The notes under the pieces are model-generated. The model had not been told where the DNA came from. It saw nothing but the letters and a program-made list of their open reading frames with translations, and searched no databases. Position numbers and translations under genes: made by a program. Shown in pieces: positions 17,575 to 27,299 of a DNA stretch of 58,576 nucleotides (the stretch's first letter is position 1; every line of letters begins with the position of its first letter). Source of the stretch: Nanobdellota archaeon (GTDB lineage Archaea; Nanobdellota; Nanobdellia; Pacearchaeales; GW2011-AR1); NCBI GenBank assembly GCA_030647965.1, contig JAUSIT010000038.1, forward strand, positions 1-58,576, in the 5' to 3' direction.

Positions 17575-17635
17575 ATCAAAAAATCCAAAGGATTTTAGGA
17601 TGCTCAGAAATGTAATAAGAGAACATTTCTGACAT
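17575..17635 (-). mobile_element. Family A hairpin element, minimal version
   Basis: Plus strand AT-CAAAAAATCC-AAA-GGATTTTAGG-ATGCTCAGAAATG..CATTTCTGAC-AT. Confidence 0.85.
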
Positions 17636-17832
17636 CAAAATAAGGGAATTTTGATTCTTAAAAAAGCTGGAAAAAGGCTAAAAATCAAAAAAGAGAAAAA
17701 TAGTAAAATAGCGACGAGAAAGTTAAATAAAGTTAGATAGTGAAATAATGATAATCGGTGTGCCGGAAATCCTTAGTTTAGCTAAAATGTATTATAAATT
17801 TTTGAAAAATCAGAAATTTAAAGTAAAAATTA

Positions 17833-18636
17833 TTATAACTCTCTAAGCCTCATTATCGTCGATAAACTAGCAATTTTCTTAAGATCCGGGGAAATTTTTA
17901 AAGTAATAGTCTTATTGTTCTGTTTTAGCTTTAAAATAGGGATTCCTTTTTTCTCTAGCTTATTAACATAATCTCTTATTGAAGATTCGCTTAAATTAAG
18001 ATTATTTGCTATGATCTTATATGTTACTTCGCCTATATTTTGCTCTTCTAGGCCATAAAGCGTTGAAAATATAAGCATTTCCTGAGGAGTTAGCTTTTTG
18101 AACTTGATTCTTATGCCTTTTTTAATATGATCAAGAGAATCTAGTATTTCTCTTGCTTTTTCAAAGTCATTTATATCTTTTGACGAGGAAGAATGTGAAC
18201 TAGATGTAGAAATAGGGGGTGAGATAATGGAATTACTTAAACTGATTAAAGAGGCCATATTTATAGGATTTTCTTGTATTTTTGAAGTAATTTGTGTCTG
18301 TTGGTTTGTCTGTTGGTTTGTCTGTTGGTTTGTTGGTTTGTCTGTTGGAACCCCCCTATTTCCTGTGGAAAGGAGCATATTTTGCTCTTCTAGGCTATTT
18401 AGGGAGTGTTGATGTGTTGGAATATGTGTTGGAGTGGAAATAGGGGGGTTGTTTTGAGGTATGGTTTGGGTTGGATGTGTTGGAGTCTGAATTATTGGTT
18501 GAACTAACTGTTTTTCTTTGATTTGTCTTAGATCTAATCTAATTTCAGATAAGTCTGTTTTTAAAAATTCTAACTCTTTTTTAAGATCAAATATATCTTC
18601 TTTTATTTTATCAAAAGCTTGTTTTATAGGATCCAT
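17833..18636 (-). CDS. Coiled-coil + PT/TNQQ-repeat linker + winged-helix protein
   Basis: LTPQEMLIF..VTYKIIANNLNLSESSIRDYVNKLEKKGIPI HTH pattern. Confidence 0.82.
   Translation of the reverse strand: MDPIKQAFDKIKEDIFDLKKELEFLKTDLSEIRLDLRQIKEKQLVQPIIQTPTHPTQTIPQNNPPISTPTHIPTHQHSLNSLEEQNMLLSTGNRGVPTDKPTNQQTNQQTNQQTQITSKIQENPINMASLISLSNSIISPPISTSSSHSSSSKDINDFEKAREILDSLDHIKKGIRIKFKKLTPQEMLIFSTLYGLEEQNIGEVTYKIIANNLNLSESSIRDYVNKLEKKGIPILKLKQNNKTITLKISPDLKKIASLSTIMRLREL
18201..18450. promoter_or_regulatory. Three intragenic ORB-like boxes plus tandem TGTCTGTTGGTT repeats
   Basis: 18201-18223 (+) TAGATGTAGAAATAGGGGGTGAG; 18349-18371 (-) TTTCCACAGGAAATAGGGGGGTT; 18428-18450 (+) GTTGGAGTGGAAATAGGGGGGTT; repeats at 18295-18348. 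Confidence 0.7.
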
Positions 18637-18677
18637 AGAAAATTAAGAATCCCTTAATTTATAATCTTAATGATAGT

Positions 18678-18953
18678 TTATTGTATCTGTTGGTTTGAAT
18701 AAGCAGAGTGTACTTTATTTGAAAGTCTCCATCTTGTTCTTCTAGAATAAACTATTCCTTTTTCATTTTTATCTATTTTAATAACAAGATCTTTTTTTAA
18801 TAATTCTTCTAAAAGAGCTTTAATAAATTCTTCATCTCGTGCAAGTTCTTTTGCAATGTCTGATATAAAAATCTGTTTAGGAAATACTTGATATAAATAA
18901 AATAAAATTTGCTCTGAAATCTTATCTTTTTTTTCTTTACTTATAGTGGGCAT
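18678..18953 (-). CDS. Small winged-helix protein
   Basis: ISEQILFYL..ISDIAKELARDEEFIKALLEELLKKDLV..RTRWRLS. Confidence 0.8.
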   Translation of the reverse strand: MPTISKEKKDKISEQILFYLYQVFPKQIFISDIAKELARDEEFIKALLEELLKKDLVIKIDKNEKGIVYSRRTRWRLSNKVHSAYSNQQIQ

Positions 18954-18996
18954 ATAGAAGTTATTCGGTTTTTATTTATATATCTTTAGTAAGAAC

Positions 18997-19149
18997 TTAA
19001 TCATTAAGATTATCTAGAATTGTATCTGATTCAGAAGAAACATATTGAATTATTTCGTGGTCTGTTGCTTCTGGATGTTTTTGTTTGTATTTAAGAGCAT
19101 GAGAGGCTCCAGAGATTATCCCCATTTTTATTTTTTTTGTGTCGACCAT
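18997..19149 (-). CDS. Small hypothetical protein (start probably 19149)
   Basis: MVDTKKIKMGIISGASHALKYK..; upstream part of the track ORF looks like promoter DNA. Confidence 0.65.
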   Translation of the reverse strand: MVDTKKIKMGIISGASHALKYKQKHPEATDHEIIQYVSSESDTILDNLND

Positions 19150-19270
19150 TTTCTTTAATAAAAATGTATTTTTATAGTATTTAAATTTAATTGTGTTATA
19201 ATTATTATTATTTAAAGAAAAAGGTTTATTAATGCCTTTAAAATTGAGAGACAACTTATTAGGTTAGAAA

Positions 19271-21871
19271 ATGAAAATAGAACAGAAATTTGAGTATATA
19301 GATAAGAGAAATGAAAAACAAGTGTTAGCTAGTTTAGACCCTCTTGTAAAAGAATGGTTTTTTTCAAAGTTTAAGGATTTTTCTTTAACTCAGCTTTATG
19401 CAGTAATGCCTATTTTTGAAAGAAAAAATATATTAGTCTCTGCTCCAACAGGAGGAACTAAGACTTTAAGTGCATTTTTAAGTATTTTAAACTATTTAGT
19501 TATGCTTGCTAAAAAAGACGAATTAGAAGATAGAATCTATGCTGTTTATTGCTCTCCTTTAAAAGCACTAACTAATGATATTTATGTAAATTTAATTAGG
19601 CCTTTAAAAGAAATTGAAGAGCTTGCTGATACAAAAAATATTAAATTAAAGAAAATAAGAGTTGGTTTGAGAACAGGAGATAGTACTTCTTATGAAAAAG
19701 CAGTTATGTTAAAACACCCACCACATATTTTTGTTACAACTCCTGAAAGTTTAGCAATTACTATTAACTCCCCTAAGTTTTCTGAGAAATTAAGTTTAGT
19801 AGAATTTATGATTGTTGATGAAATACACTCTTTAGCTGAAAATAAAAGAGGGACTCATTTATCTTTAACACTAGAAAGGCTTCAAGATATATCAAAAATA
19901 GAAATAACAAGGATAGGGTTGTCTGCAACAGTTGCACCTTTGGAAAAGATAGCTGGTTTTTTAGTTGGAAGTAGTAGAAATTGTGAAATTGCAAGTGTTG
20001 AATTACTAAAAAAAGTTGAATTAGAGGTTTTAAGTCCTGTTGAAGATTTCTTAGATACTAATTCTATTGATTTAAACACTGGTTTGTATAAATTAATAGA
20101 TGAATTAATTGAAAAAAATAAAACGACTCTTATTTTTACTAATACTCGGGCTGCAACAGAGAGAATAGTTCATAATTTAAAAGAAAAATTTCCAAAATAC
20201 AATGAAAATATTGGTGCACATCACTCTTCTTTATCAAAAGAACATAGATTCGATATTGAAAAGAGATTAAGGGAGGGTAATTTAAGGGTTGTAGTATGTT
20301 CTACTTCATTAGAATTAGGTATTGATATTGGTTTTATTGATTTAGTTATTCTCCTTGGCTCTCCAAAGTCTGTTTCAAAGGCAATGCAAAGGATAGGAAG
20401 AGCAGGACATCAGTTACATGAAAAAGCAAAAGGCAAATTTATTGTTCATGATAGTGATGATTTAGTTGAGTGTTCTGTTATTTTAAAAAATATTATAGAG
20501 AAAAAAATAGATAGAGTTCATATTCCTATGAATTGTTTAGATGTTTTAAGTCAACATGTATATGGGATGGCTATTTCTAGAATTTGGAATGCAGATGAGA
20601 TGTATAATTTAATTAAAAAAAGTTATTGTTATAAAGATTTAACAAAAGAAGATTTTTTTTCTGTTATTTCTTATTTATCAGGAGCTTATGAACTAAATAC
20701 TAGAAATGTTTATCCAAAAATTTGGTTTGATGAAGAAAAAAGAGAGATAGGAAAGAGGGGAAAGCTTGCAAGAGTAATATATATGACTAATATTGGCACA
20801 ATACCTGATGAAAGTTTTATTAGTGTTATATGTAATAATGCAAAAATTGGCCAGATTGATGAAATCTTTTTAGAAAAAATGAAAAAAAATGATGTTTTTG
20901 TTTTAGGAGGCAATAAATATCAATTTTTATATACAAAAGGCATGAATATTTATGTAAAATCTGCTGAAGGAAAAAGACCAACAATTCCTTCTTGGTTTTC
21001 AGAGGTTTTGCCACTAACTTTTGATGCTGCAATTTCAATAAGCAAGTTTAGAAAATTATTAAATGAAAAATTTGAAAAAAATAAATCTCCATCTGAAATT
21101 AAGGAGTTTATTAAAGAATATGTTTATTCTAACAGCAAAACTAGTGAGTATATTTATAATTATTTTAGAGATCAGTTCAAATATTCGTTAATACCTCATG
21201 AAAATAGAATTTTAATTGAAGAATATAGGTCTGATAAAAATTATTTAGTATTTCATACTTTATTTGGAAGAAGAGTTAATGATACTTTGTCAAGAGCTAT
21301 TGGTTTTTTAGTTGCTTCTGCAAAAAAAAGAGATGTTGAAGTAGGAATAAGTGATAATGGATTTTATATTGCAGGAAAAGAGCTTGATTTAAGTAAAGTT
21401 GAATCAGCATTTAAGAAATTAACTAAAGAAAATATTAGAGAAACACTTGATGAAGCAATTGAAAAGACAGAAATATTAAAAAGAAGGTTTAGGCATTGTG
21501 CTGCAAGGGGTTTAATGATACTAAGAAACTATAAAGGCAATATAAAAAGTGTAGGAAGGCAACAAATGTCTTCTCATTTTATTTTAGCTGCTATAAATCA
21601 AAAGACAAAAGAGTTTCCTTTGCTTAAAGAAGCAAGAAGAGAGGTTTTGGAAGACCTAATGGATATTGAAAATGCAATAGAAGTATTAAAACTAATTGAA
21701 AATAAGACAATTAAGATAGAAAAAAAGAATACTAAAGTTATTTCTCCTTTTGCAATTAATATGATGCTTCAGGCACATACAGACGTTATAAGAATTGAAG
21801 ATAAAATAGAGTTTATTAAAAGAGTTTATGCTGAATTAAAAAGACAGGAAGATAAAAAAGAGGAATTATGA
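19271..21871 (+). CDS. lhr: Lhr-family ATP-dependent helicase
   Basis: APTGGTKT, DEIH, SAT, LELGIDIG, QRIGRAGH, GTIPD. Confidence 0.95.
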   Translation: MKIEQKFEYIDKRNEKQVLASLDPLVKEWFFSKFKDFSLTQLYAVMPIFERKNILVSAPTGGTKTLSAFLSILNYLVMLAKKDELEDRIYAVYCSPLKALTNDIYVNLIRPLKEIEELADTKNIKLKKIRVGLRTGDSTSYEKAVMLKHPPHIFVTTPESLAITINSPKFSEKLSLVEFMIVDEIHSLAENKRGTHLSLTLERLQDISKIEITRIGLSATVAPLEKIAGFLVGSSRNCEIASVELLKKVELEVLSPVEDFLDTNSIDLNTGLYKLIDELIEKNKTTLIFTNTRAATERIVHNLKEKFPKYNENIGAHHSSLSKEHRFDIEKRLREGNLRVVVCSTSLELGIDIGFIDLVILLGSPKSVSKAMQRIGRAGHQLHEKAKGKFIVHDSDDLVECSVILKNIIEKKIDRVHIPMNCLDVLSQHVYGMAISRIWNADEMYNLIKKSYCYKDLTKEDFFSVISYLSGAYELNTRNVYPKIWFDEEKREIGKRGKLARVIYMTNIGTIPDESFISVICNNAKIGQIDEIFLEKMKKNDVFVLGGNKYQFLYTKGMNIYVKSAEGKRPTIPSWFSEVLPLTFDAAISISKFRKLLNEKFEKNKSPSEIKEFIKEYVYSNSKTSEYIYNYFRDQFKYSLIPHENRILIEEYRSDKNYLVFHTLFGRRVNDTLSRAIGFLVASAKKRDVEVGISDNGFYIAGKELDLSKVESAFKKLTKENIRETLDEAIEKTEILKRRFRHCAARGLMILRNYKGNIKSVGRQQMSSHFILAAINQKTKEFPLLKEARREVLEDLMDIENAIEVLKLIENKTIKIEKKNTKVISPFAINMMLQAHTDVIRIEDKIEFIKRVYAELKRQEDKKEEL

Positions 21872-22620
21872 ACATAGAAAGGTTTGAAGCTGTTGAAAGA
21901 GCATTGTTTTGGAAGGAAAAGAGAGTTTTAGTAATTGGAGATTTGCATTTTGGCTATGAAAACTATCTTCATGAAAGGGGATGGTCTTTTCCAAAGACAC
22001 AAATTAGTGAAAGTATAGAAATTTTGGGAAAAATATTTCAAAAAACGGGCAAATTAGCTCAGGTAATTATATTAGGTGATGTTAAACACTATTTTGGAGG
22101 TATTTTAAATGAAGAATTTTCAGATGTTTTGCAATTTTTTAATTTAATTAAAGAAAATTTGGATAAAAATGGAGAGATTATTATAATTAAAGGCAATCAT
22201 GACAACATCTTAGAACCTATTTTGAAAAAACAGGGGTTAAAGGAGTTTGTAAAACTAAAACAAGAGTATATTTTGGAAGATATTTTGTTTTTTCATGGTC
22301 ATAAAAGAGATTTTGAAAGAGTTAAACCTTTGTTAAAAGGTAAAAATATAAAAATAAGTATAATTGGGCACTTTCATCCTGCAATTAATCTAGAAGAAGA
22401 TGCTAAAAAAGAAAAATATAAGTGTTATTTGTATGGTAAGTCAAAGATTTTGAAAAAAGAGTTGATTATTGTACCTAGTTTTTTCCCTTTACTAGAAGGA
22501 ACTAATATTTTAGCAAAGGATTTTATGCTTGAAGGATGGTTAGATGTTTCAAATTTTGAGGTTTTTATTATAAGTGATAAAGTTTATGATTTTGGAAAGG
22601 TGAGTAAGATAAATAAATAG
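21868..22620 (+). CDS. Lhr-associated metallophosphoesterase/nuclease
   Basis: DLHFG, GDVKH, GNHD, HGH, GHFHP. Confidence 0.92.
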   Translation: MNIERFEAVERALFWKEKRVLVIGDLHFGYENYLHERGWSFPKTQISESIEILGKIFQKTGKLAQVIILGDVKHYFGGILNEEFSDVLQFFNLIKENLDKNGEIIIIKGNHDNILEPILKKQGLKEFVKLKQEYILEDILFFHGHKRDFERVKPLLKGKNIKISIIGHFHPAINLEEDAKKEKYKCYLYGKSKILKKELIIVPSFFPLLEGTNILAKDFMLEGWLDVSNFEVFIISDKVYDFGKVSKINK

Positions 22621-22652
22621 ATGTTAAAGAAAAGTGAAGGAGTATTTACTAA

Positions 22653-22746
22653 TTATTGCACTTCGTGGGAATATTAAGTCGACTAAAAAGTTTTGCTCTT
22701 ATCTTTTTCGTTTCTATTTTAAGAGTAAAACTTTTTGCGTCTCCTA
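22653..22746 (+). repeat. Family B intergenic repeat, copy 1 (52-bp module at 22685-22736)
   Basis: TTATTGCACTTCGT..TAAGTCGAC-[AAAAAGTTTTGCTCTT..AAGAGTAAAACTTTTT]-GCGTCTCCT. Confidence 0.85.
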
Positions 22747-22850
22747 AAGATTTATTAATTATTATTCTCTTTACTTATTAGATCATATTAATATATTTAT
22801 ATGTTTAAAATTAACAGATAATTTATAAATTCTAAAAAATTCAACATATT

Positions 22851-23072
22851 ATGAATGAAAAAAAAGTAAGCAATCTTGTTAAAGCATTAGAAGATGTAGG
22901 TATAGAACTTGGCGAGCCTATTGAATGTCAAATAAACCCTGAACACACTAAAGCTGTTACAGAATTTTTAAGAAAAATAGAAGACGCACATAAAAGAACA
23001 AGAAATTCTACAATAAAATTTGATAATTATTCAAATAATTCTTCCTATTATTGCACTTCGTCATTATACTAA
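22851..23072 (+). CDS. Hypothetical protein
   Basis: Promoter ATAATTTATAAATTCTAAAAAA shared with the next ORF; 3' end runs into repeat B. Confidence 0.6.
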   Translation: MNEKKVSNLVKALEDVGIELGEPIECQINPEHTKAVTEFLRKIEDAHKRTRNSTIKFDNYSNNSSYYCTSSLY

Positions 23073-23227
23073 GTCGCCTATAGGCTCCTAACTATTTATT
23101 AATTAAAATCCATTGAAAAAGTTTTGCTCTTATCTTTTTCGTTTCTATTTTAAGAGTAAAACTTTTTATCGCTAGACTATTATAAGATTCTTGCTTGTTA
23201 AAGCAAACTAATTCAATGCAGTTGTAA
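23048..23227 (+). repeat. Family B repeat, copy 2 (module at 23116-23167)
   Basis: Same backbone, ending TTGTTAAAGCAAACTAATTCAATGCAGTTGTA. Confidence 0.85.
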
Positions 23228-23275
23228 GTTTAATATTAACAAATAATTTATAAATTCTAAAAAAGTTAGTATTTT

Positions 23276-23584
23276 ATGGCTGATCCAAATCAATTAGATT
23301 TATTTAGAGCAAGTGAAGAACTAAAAAGAGAGCAAAAAGAAGGAAGAAATCTTGCTAAATATACTTCTATAAAATATAAACTTCCTGGAAGAACTATATC
23401 TCCTGCAAAAATGAGTAAAGAAGGTTTACAAAATTGGATTGTAGAGTTTGCTAAACTAAATAATATTGACTTACCCAAGGGATTTTATGGAAGAAATAGA
23501 ACCCAAATATTAGGAATGTATAAAGGAATGCAAGAAACTTATAATTTTAGTGATAGAGATATATTACCTAAAAAGAATTATTAA
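23276..23584 (+). CDS. Hypothetical protein
   Basis: ORF with the duplicated promoter. Confidence 0.65.
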   Translation: MADPNQLDLFRASEELKREQKEGRNLAKYTSIKYKLPGRTISPAKMSKEGLQNWIVEFAKLNNIDLPKGFYGRNRTQILGMYKGMQETYNFSDRDILPKKNY

Positions 23585-23817
23585 TTTTGTTGTTTTATAG
23601 AAGGTATTAAAACATATATATTTGGTTCAGAAAAAGTATAATTAATTAAATTATATTTTGGAAAAGGATTTGTTGTTTTATTATATATTTGTTCATTTCT
23701 TTGCCCAAAATCAGCCCCTCCTGTATCATCTGGCTCTACAGTAATAGGTTTTATTAAACCACATGAAAAAACTAGTATAGAACTTGCTAGAATTGCTGAT
23801 AAAACCATCTTTTTCAT
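23581..23817 (-). CDS. Putative small lipoprotein
   Basis: MKK + hydrophobic core + FSC. Confidence 0.55.
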   Translation of the reverse strand: MKKMVLSAILASSILVFSCGLIKPITVEPDDTGGADFGQRNEQIYNKTTNPFPKYNLINYTFSEPNIYVLIPSIKQQN

Positions 23818-23947
23818 ATAAACTAGAAGAATATTAAGTATTTAAGATTTGTTGTGATGGGTTGTATAAAGATAATCTTTTTAAAGAGGATATAACCTTT
23901 ATTTTAGAGGAGATAGTATCTCAGAAACTTAATTCTGAATAAAAAAT

Positions 23948-24523
23948 ATGGAAGAAAAATATAAAAAACAAGATGAATTGCCAGATTTTCAATTCCCTTT
24001 ATTTGTAGAAGATAGTAACGTAAGAGATATAGATTTAGAGAATAAACTTCCTTTAGAACTATTTTTAAAACATGAAGGATATGAAATAGCTATTAATCAA
24101 AAACAATATGTTTTGTCTATAGATAATTATGAAGATTTTCCAAGAGATTCTTTAAAATTAGAAATTTCAACATTCAGAGGAATGTGTCATGATGCTATTC
24201 ATTTTTATGGATTTCTTGAACTTCCTTTATTAAATTTTAAAGAATTAGAAACTAACTATTTTTGTGGAGGATATGGAATACCTTCTGTGCTTAGGCGCAT
24301 TCAATTACACAGAAGTTTAACTACACAAGAATTAAATTTAAAGAAATATAATGGTTATGAACTTGGAGAAATGATTAATGGATTTAATAGTATTGAAGAT
24401 ATTATTGTTCGTGCAAAAGTTGTTGCAGAAAAATATTTTCAAGGTTTTAAATTAATAACTTCTACTAAAAATATTACAGAAATTAATAAAACAAGCCCTT
24501 TTTTAGATTATTTTAAAGAGTAA
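23948..24523 (+). CDS. Hypothetical protein
   Basis: 191-aa ORF, no recognised motif. Confidence 0.65.
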   Translation: MEEKYKKQDELPDFQFPLFVEDSNVRDIDLENKLPLELFLKHEGYEIAINQKQYVLSIDNYEDFPRDSLKLEISTFRGMCHDAIHFYGFLELPLLNFKELETNYFCGGYGIPSVLRRIQLHRSLTTQELNLKKYNGYELGEMINGFNSIEDIIVRAKVVAEKYFQGFKLITSTKNITEINKTSPFLDYFKE

Positions 24524-24547
24524 AAGATTATATTTAAAAAAGGATTA

Positions 24548-24628
24548 CGCCCAGACTCGGAATTGAACCGAGAAATCCTTGCGGACATGGTGTTCGAGAC
24601 CATTGCAGTACCATTGTGCCATCTGGGC
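24548..24628 (-). tRNA. tRNA-Ser(CGA)
   Basis: Minus strand GCCCAGA..ATGGT-CTCGAAC-ACCAT, long variable arm, CTCGG-TTCAATT-CCGAG, TCTGGGC-G. Confidence 0.92.
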
Positions 24629-24662
24629 TTGAATTGTATTTAATTGATTTTGTTTTTAAAAG

Positions 24663-25160
24663 TTATTTAAACCACTTATAATATTCAAATTGTTCTTGCC
24701 CTTTATGAATAATTAATATTGGAAGTTGAGCTTTTAATCTTTGGTAATTCATTACAATTCTTCCTGTTCTTCCATTTCCATCTTCAAAAGGGTGAATTTT
24801 CAAAAGTTTTATATGGGCTTGTTTTATATTTTCTTCTTCTTTAGGGTTTGAGTATTCTTCAGCCCATTTTGAAAGTTCTTTTTGAATTAATTCAGGCTTT
24901 AGACATTCTTCATACCCTATTTGACTATTTCCAACATAAATTGGACACCTTCTAATTTTTCCTGCAATTAAAGGGTTTATTCTTTTCATTAAATTTTGAT
25001 GAATTTCTTTAATAAAAGGAATGTTTATAGGTTCTTTGTATTCTTTTGCAAAACACCATGTAGAAACAGCATCTTCTAATGCGCTGTTAGAATCTTCTTT
25101 TTCAATCCAGTTAGAATGTTGTAAAAATTCAAATTCTTGTTGAGATATATTAATTTTCAT
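24663..25160 (-). CDS. Fic-domain protein
   Basis: HPFEDGNGRTGR. Confidence 0.92.
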   Translation of the reverse strand: MKINISQQEFEFLQHSNWIEKEDSNSALEDAVSTWCFAKEYKEPINIPFIKEIHQNLMKRINPLIAGKIRRCPIYVGNSQIGYEECLKPELIQKELSKWAEEYSNPKEEENIKQAHIKLLKIHPFEDGNGRTGRIVMNYQRLKAQLPILIIHKGQEQFEYYKWFK

Positions 25161-25210
25161 AAGTTAATGAATAATAAGAACTTTTTAAAATGTTTTAAGA
25201 TTGGTTTAAG

Positions 25211-25642
25211 TTACTTCGACTCTGGTTTTTCAGAATTTGCTTGAAATCTTGGAAAGCTAATATGATAGGGAAGCCCAAAATCATCCTCTAATTGTAGTGC
25301 TTTTAATGAACATTTTTGTAAGATAGTATTTAGAATAATTATTCTTAATTTATCTGGAACTTGTTTAAGATCTTTCCATTGAGTTAGTGTTTCTTTTGAA
25401 AGTTGATCATCTACTAAAAATATTAAAAAACCTTCAAAATAAATATTAGCAAAATTAGTATAGTCAAGAGTAAATTTAAAATCAAATTTTAAAGCTTCTT
25501 TATCAGTAAAATCTAATTTATTTTTTTCAACAGAAGTTATATTTATATCTGATTTTGCTTCTAATTTTCCTTTAAAATCAGGAAATTTTTTTACATTTAG
25601 ACTAGTATATCCAAAACCTAAAAATTTTATTTCTTGTTCCAT
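25211..25642 (-). CDS. Conserved-looking hypothetical protein (possible SecB-like fold)
   Basis: Beta-rich N-terminus then ILNTILQKCSLKALQLEDDFGLP; fold assignment is inference. Confidence 0.6.
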   Translation of the reverse strand: MEQEIKFLGFGYTSLNVKKFPDFKGKLEAKSDINITSVEKNKLDFTDKEALKFDFKFTLDYTNFANIYFEGFLIFLVDDQLSKETLTQWKDLKQVPDKLRIIILNTILQKCSLKALQLEDDFGLPYHISFPRFQANSEKPESK

Positions 25643-25677
25643 TTTTAATTGAATAATTGAGGTTTTTTAAAGTTTGT

Positions 25678-25782
25678 TGTGATTGAAATTAAAATCAGCA
25701 AAATTATATTCAATTTTAAATAATAGAATTTTAATTTCAGAGCATCCCAAAAACAAAGAGTAGTTTTCATTGTTTTTCTGAT
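25678..25782 (+). mobile_element. Family A hairpin element, degenerate left end
   Basis: TGAAATTAAAAT..ATTTTAATTTCAGAGCATCCCAAAAACAA..TTGTTTTTCTGAT. Confidence 0.75.
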
Positions 25783-25850
25783 GTTTGAAAAGAAAATAAT
25801 CTAATAGAATTACTTTTAATTAAAACAAAAATAATTTTAAAAAATTTTAT

Positions 25851-26111
25851 TTATACTAAATCTTCTTCAGAAATAACTACAAAATCACCTATTGCTACTA
25901 AAGCATGATAAGGTATTAAAGCTTCTTTTTCAGCTGTTCTTTCTAAACTTAGATTAGTTGTATAAGGTGTTAGGTCTTTTATAACCATATGAATCAATTC
26001 GCCACTTTTTGTTTCAAAAGTGATATCTTTGATAAAACCTAGTTTTTTACCTTCTTTGGTAACAACTTGTTTTCCCACCATAGCCCTAAAGGGCTTCTTT
26101 TCTATAACCAT
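25851..26111 (-). CDS. PRC-barrel domain protein
   Basis: GKQVVTKEGKKLGFIKDITFE..IPY..VAIGDFVVI. Confidence 0.88.
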   Translation of the reverse strand: MVIEKKPFRAMVGKQVVTKEGKKLGFIKDITFETKSGELIHMVIKDLTPYTTNLSLERTAEKEALIPYHALVAIGDFVVISEEDLV

Positions 26112-26210
26112 ATAAAATTTAAATGGAAACTGTTTATAAATGTTTCTGTAATAAATTCACTATATTAAAAAAACAATGTGTTATTCACATTTTTAAGTGT
26201 GAATTTAATA

Positions 26211-26845
26211 GATATTTGTTTTTAGGACCTCAATAATTATTAATTCTTGATGGCTTCAATAAGGTAAATTCTTGATAGTGCTCAAGATTTTATAATCTTA
26301 ATATACTCTGAAATTTAAACTAGTAAGCTCACAATAAAAAATCCCAATCACAGCAAGTTGTGGGGTATTTTTTAAATGTCAAAAATTTACGAATTTTTGA
26401 GCACACTCCAAAACAAAATTCTTCAAGGAGAATTTTTCAAAGTTTTGGATGCCTCCAAATGGGAACGACGAAAATTGTAGCAAGCTAAGAAGTATAAGAC
26501 CCATTTGCAGTAATCAAATTTTAGAGTAAACATAATTTCGGACATTAAAAAAAGATATTAATTTTTAAAAAATGTTCTTTTTAATTTATTTTTAAAGGTT
26601 ATTTTTCAAATTATTGATTTTTTTAGGTAAAATAGGTTAATATTTAATTAATTATCTTTAATTCTTGTCAAGAACCCTCGGAATAAATTCCGGGGCGTGT
26701 CTCGGGTTCTTGAGCACCCTAAAAATTGTTTTTTCTTACTGTTGAAAATCTTCCAATTAGATTTTTAATCACTATCAGAAACTCCTGTTTCTGAAGTCGC
26801 GAACTAAAGTAGGGAGTTTGCGAAAAACAATTTTTTTGGTATCAA
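26211..26845. repeat. Pile-up of family A elements (about 26211-26316 minus, 26376-26545, 26665-26845)
   Basis: Repeated TGTC-stem-GAGCAC and CATC-stem-GAGGTCC modules, partly nested. Confidence 0.75.
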
Positions 26846-26875
26846 AAAGAGGTAATAATCTCTATAAAATAGCCT

Positions 26876-27216
26876 AACCCCTCACCCTATGGTTTCTTAT
26901 GGAAAAGATTTATAAAGGAATTTCAAAATTGAAAATGTTGAATTTTTATTTATAAATATATATATTATATATTATATATATTAATATATAATATAATATA
27001 ATAATATATAATTAAGTATCTATATTTTAATTTTTTAAATTTTTGTTAATTTTTTACGTCAGTATATTTAGTAAATTACTAATAATACTACTTTAATACA
27101 CTTATTTTTTAAAATAATATTCTAGATATGAAATAAGGGGGTGAGGGGTTGCTAAATATTTTTATTAGTTAAAATAAGTAAAAAAGAGCTATTTTAAGTT
27201 CCATATGAAATAAAGG
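26876..27216. other. Probable replication origin (oriC)
   Basis: ORB-like boxes 26876-26905 (-), 27120-27150 (+), 27198-27216 (+) around a pure A/T run at 26941-27015; directly upstream of cdc6. Confidence 0.88.
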
Positions 27217-27299
27217 TTAGTTAAGTATATTTTCTTATATAACAATATTTAAATATAAATCAATTATTTAATAGATTAGTTAATAAAAGGGATAAAAAA

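Noticed and set aside
24548..25160. Integrated element at tRNA-Ser
   Set aside because: No duplication of the tRNA 3' end and no adjacent integrase found
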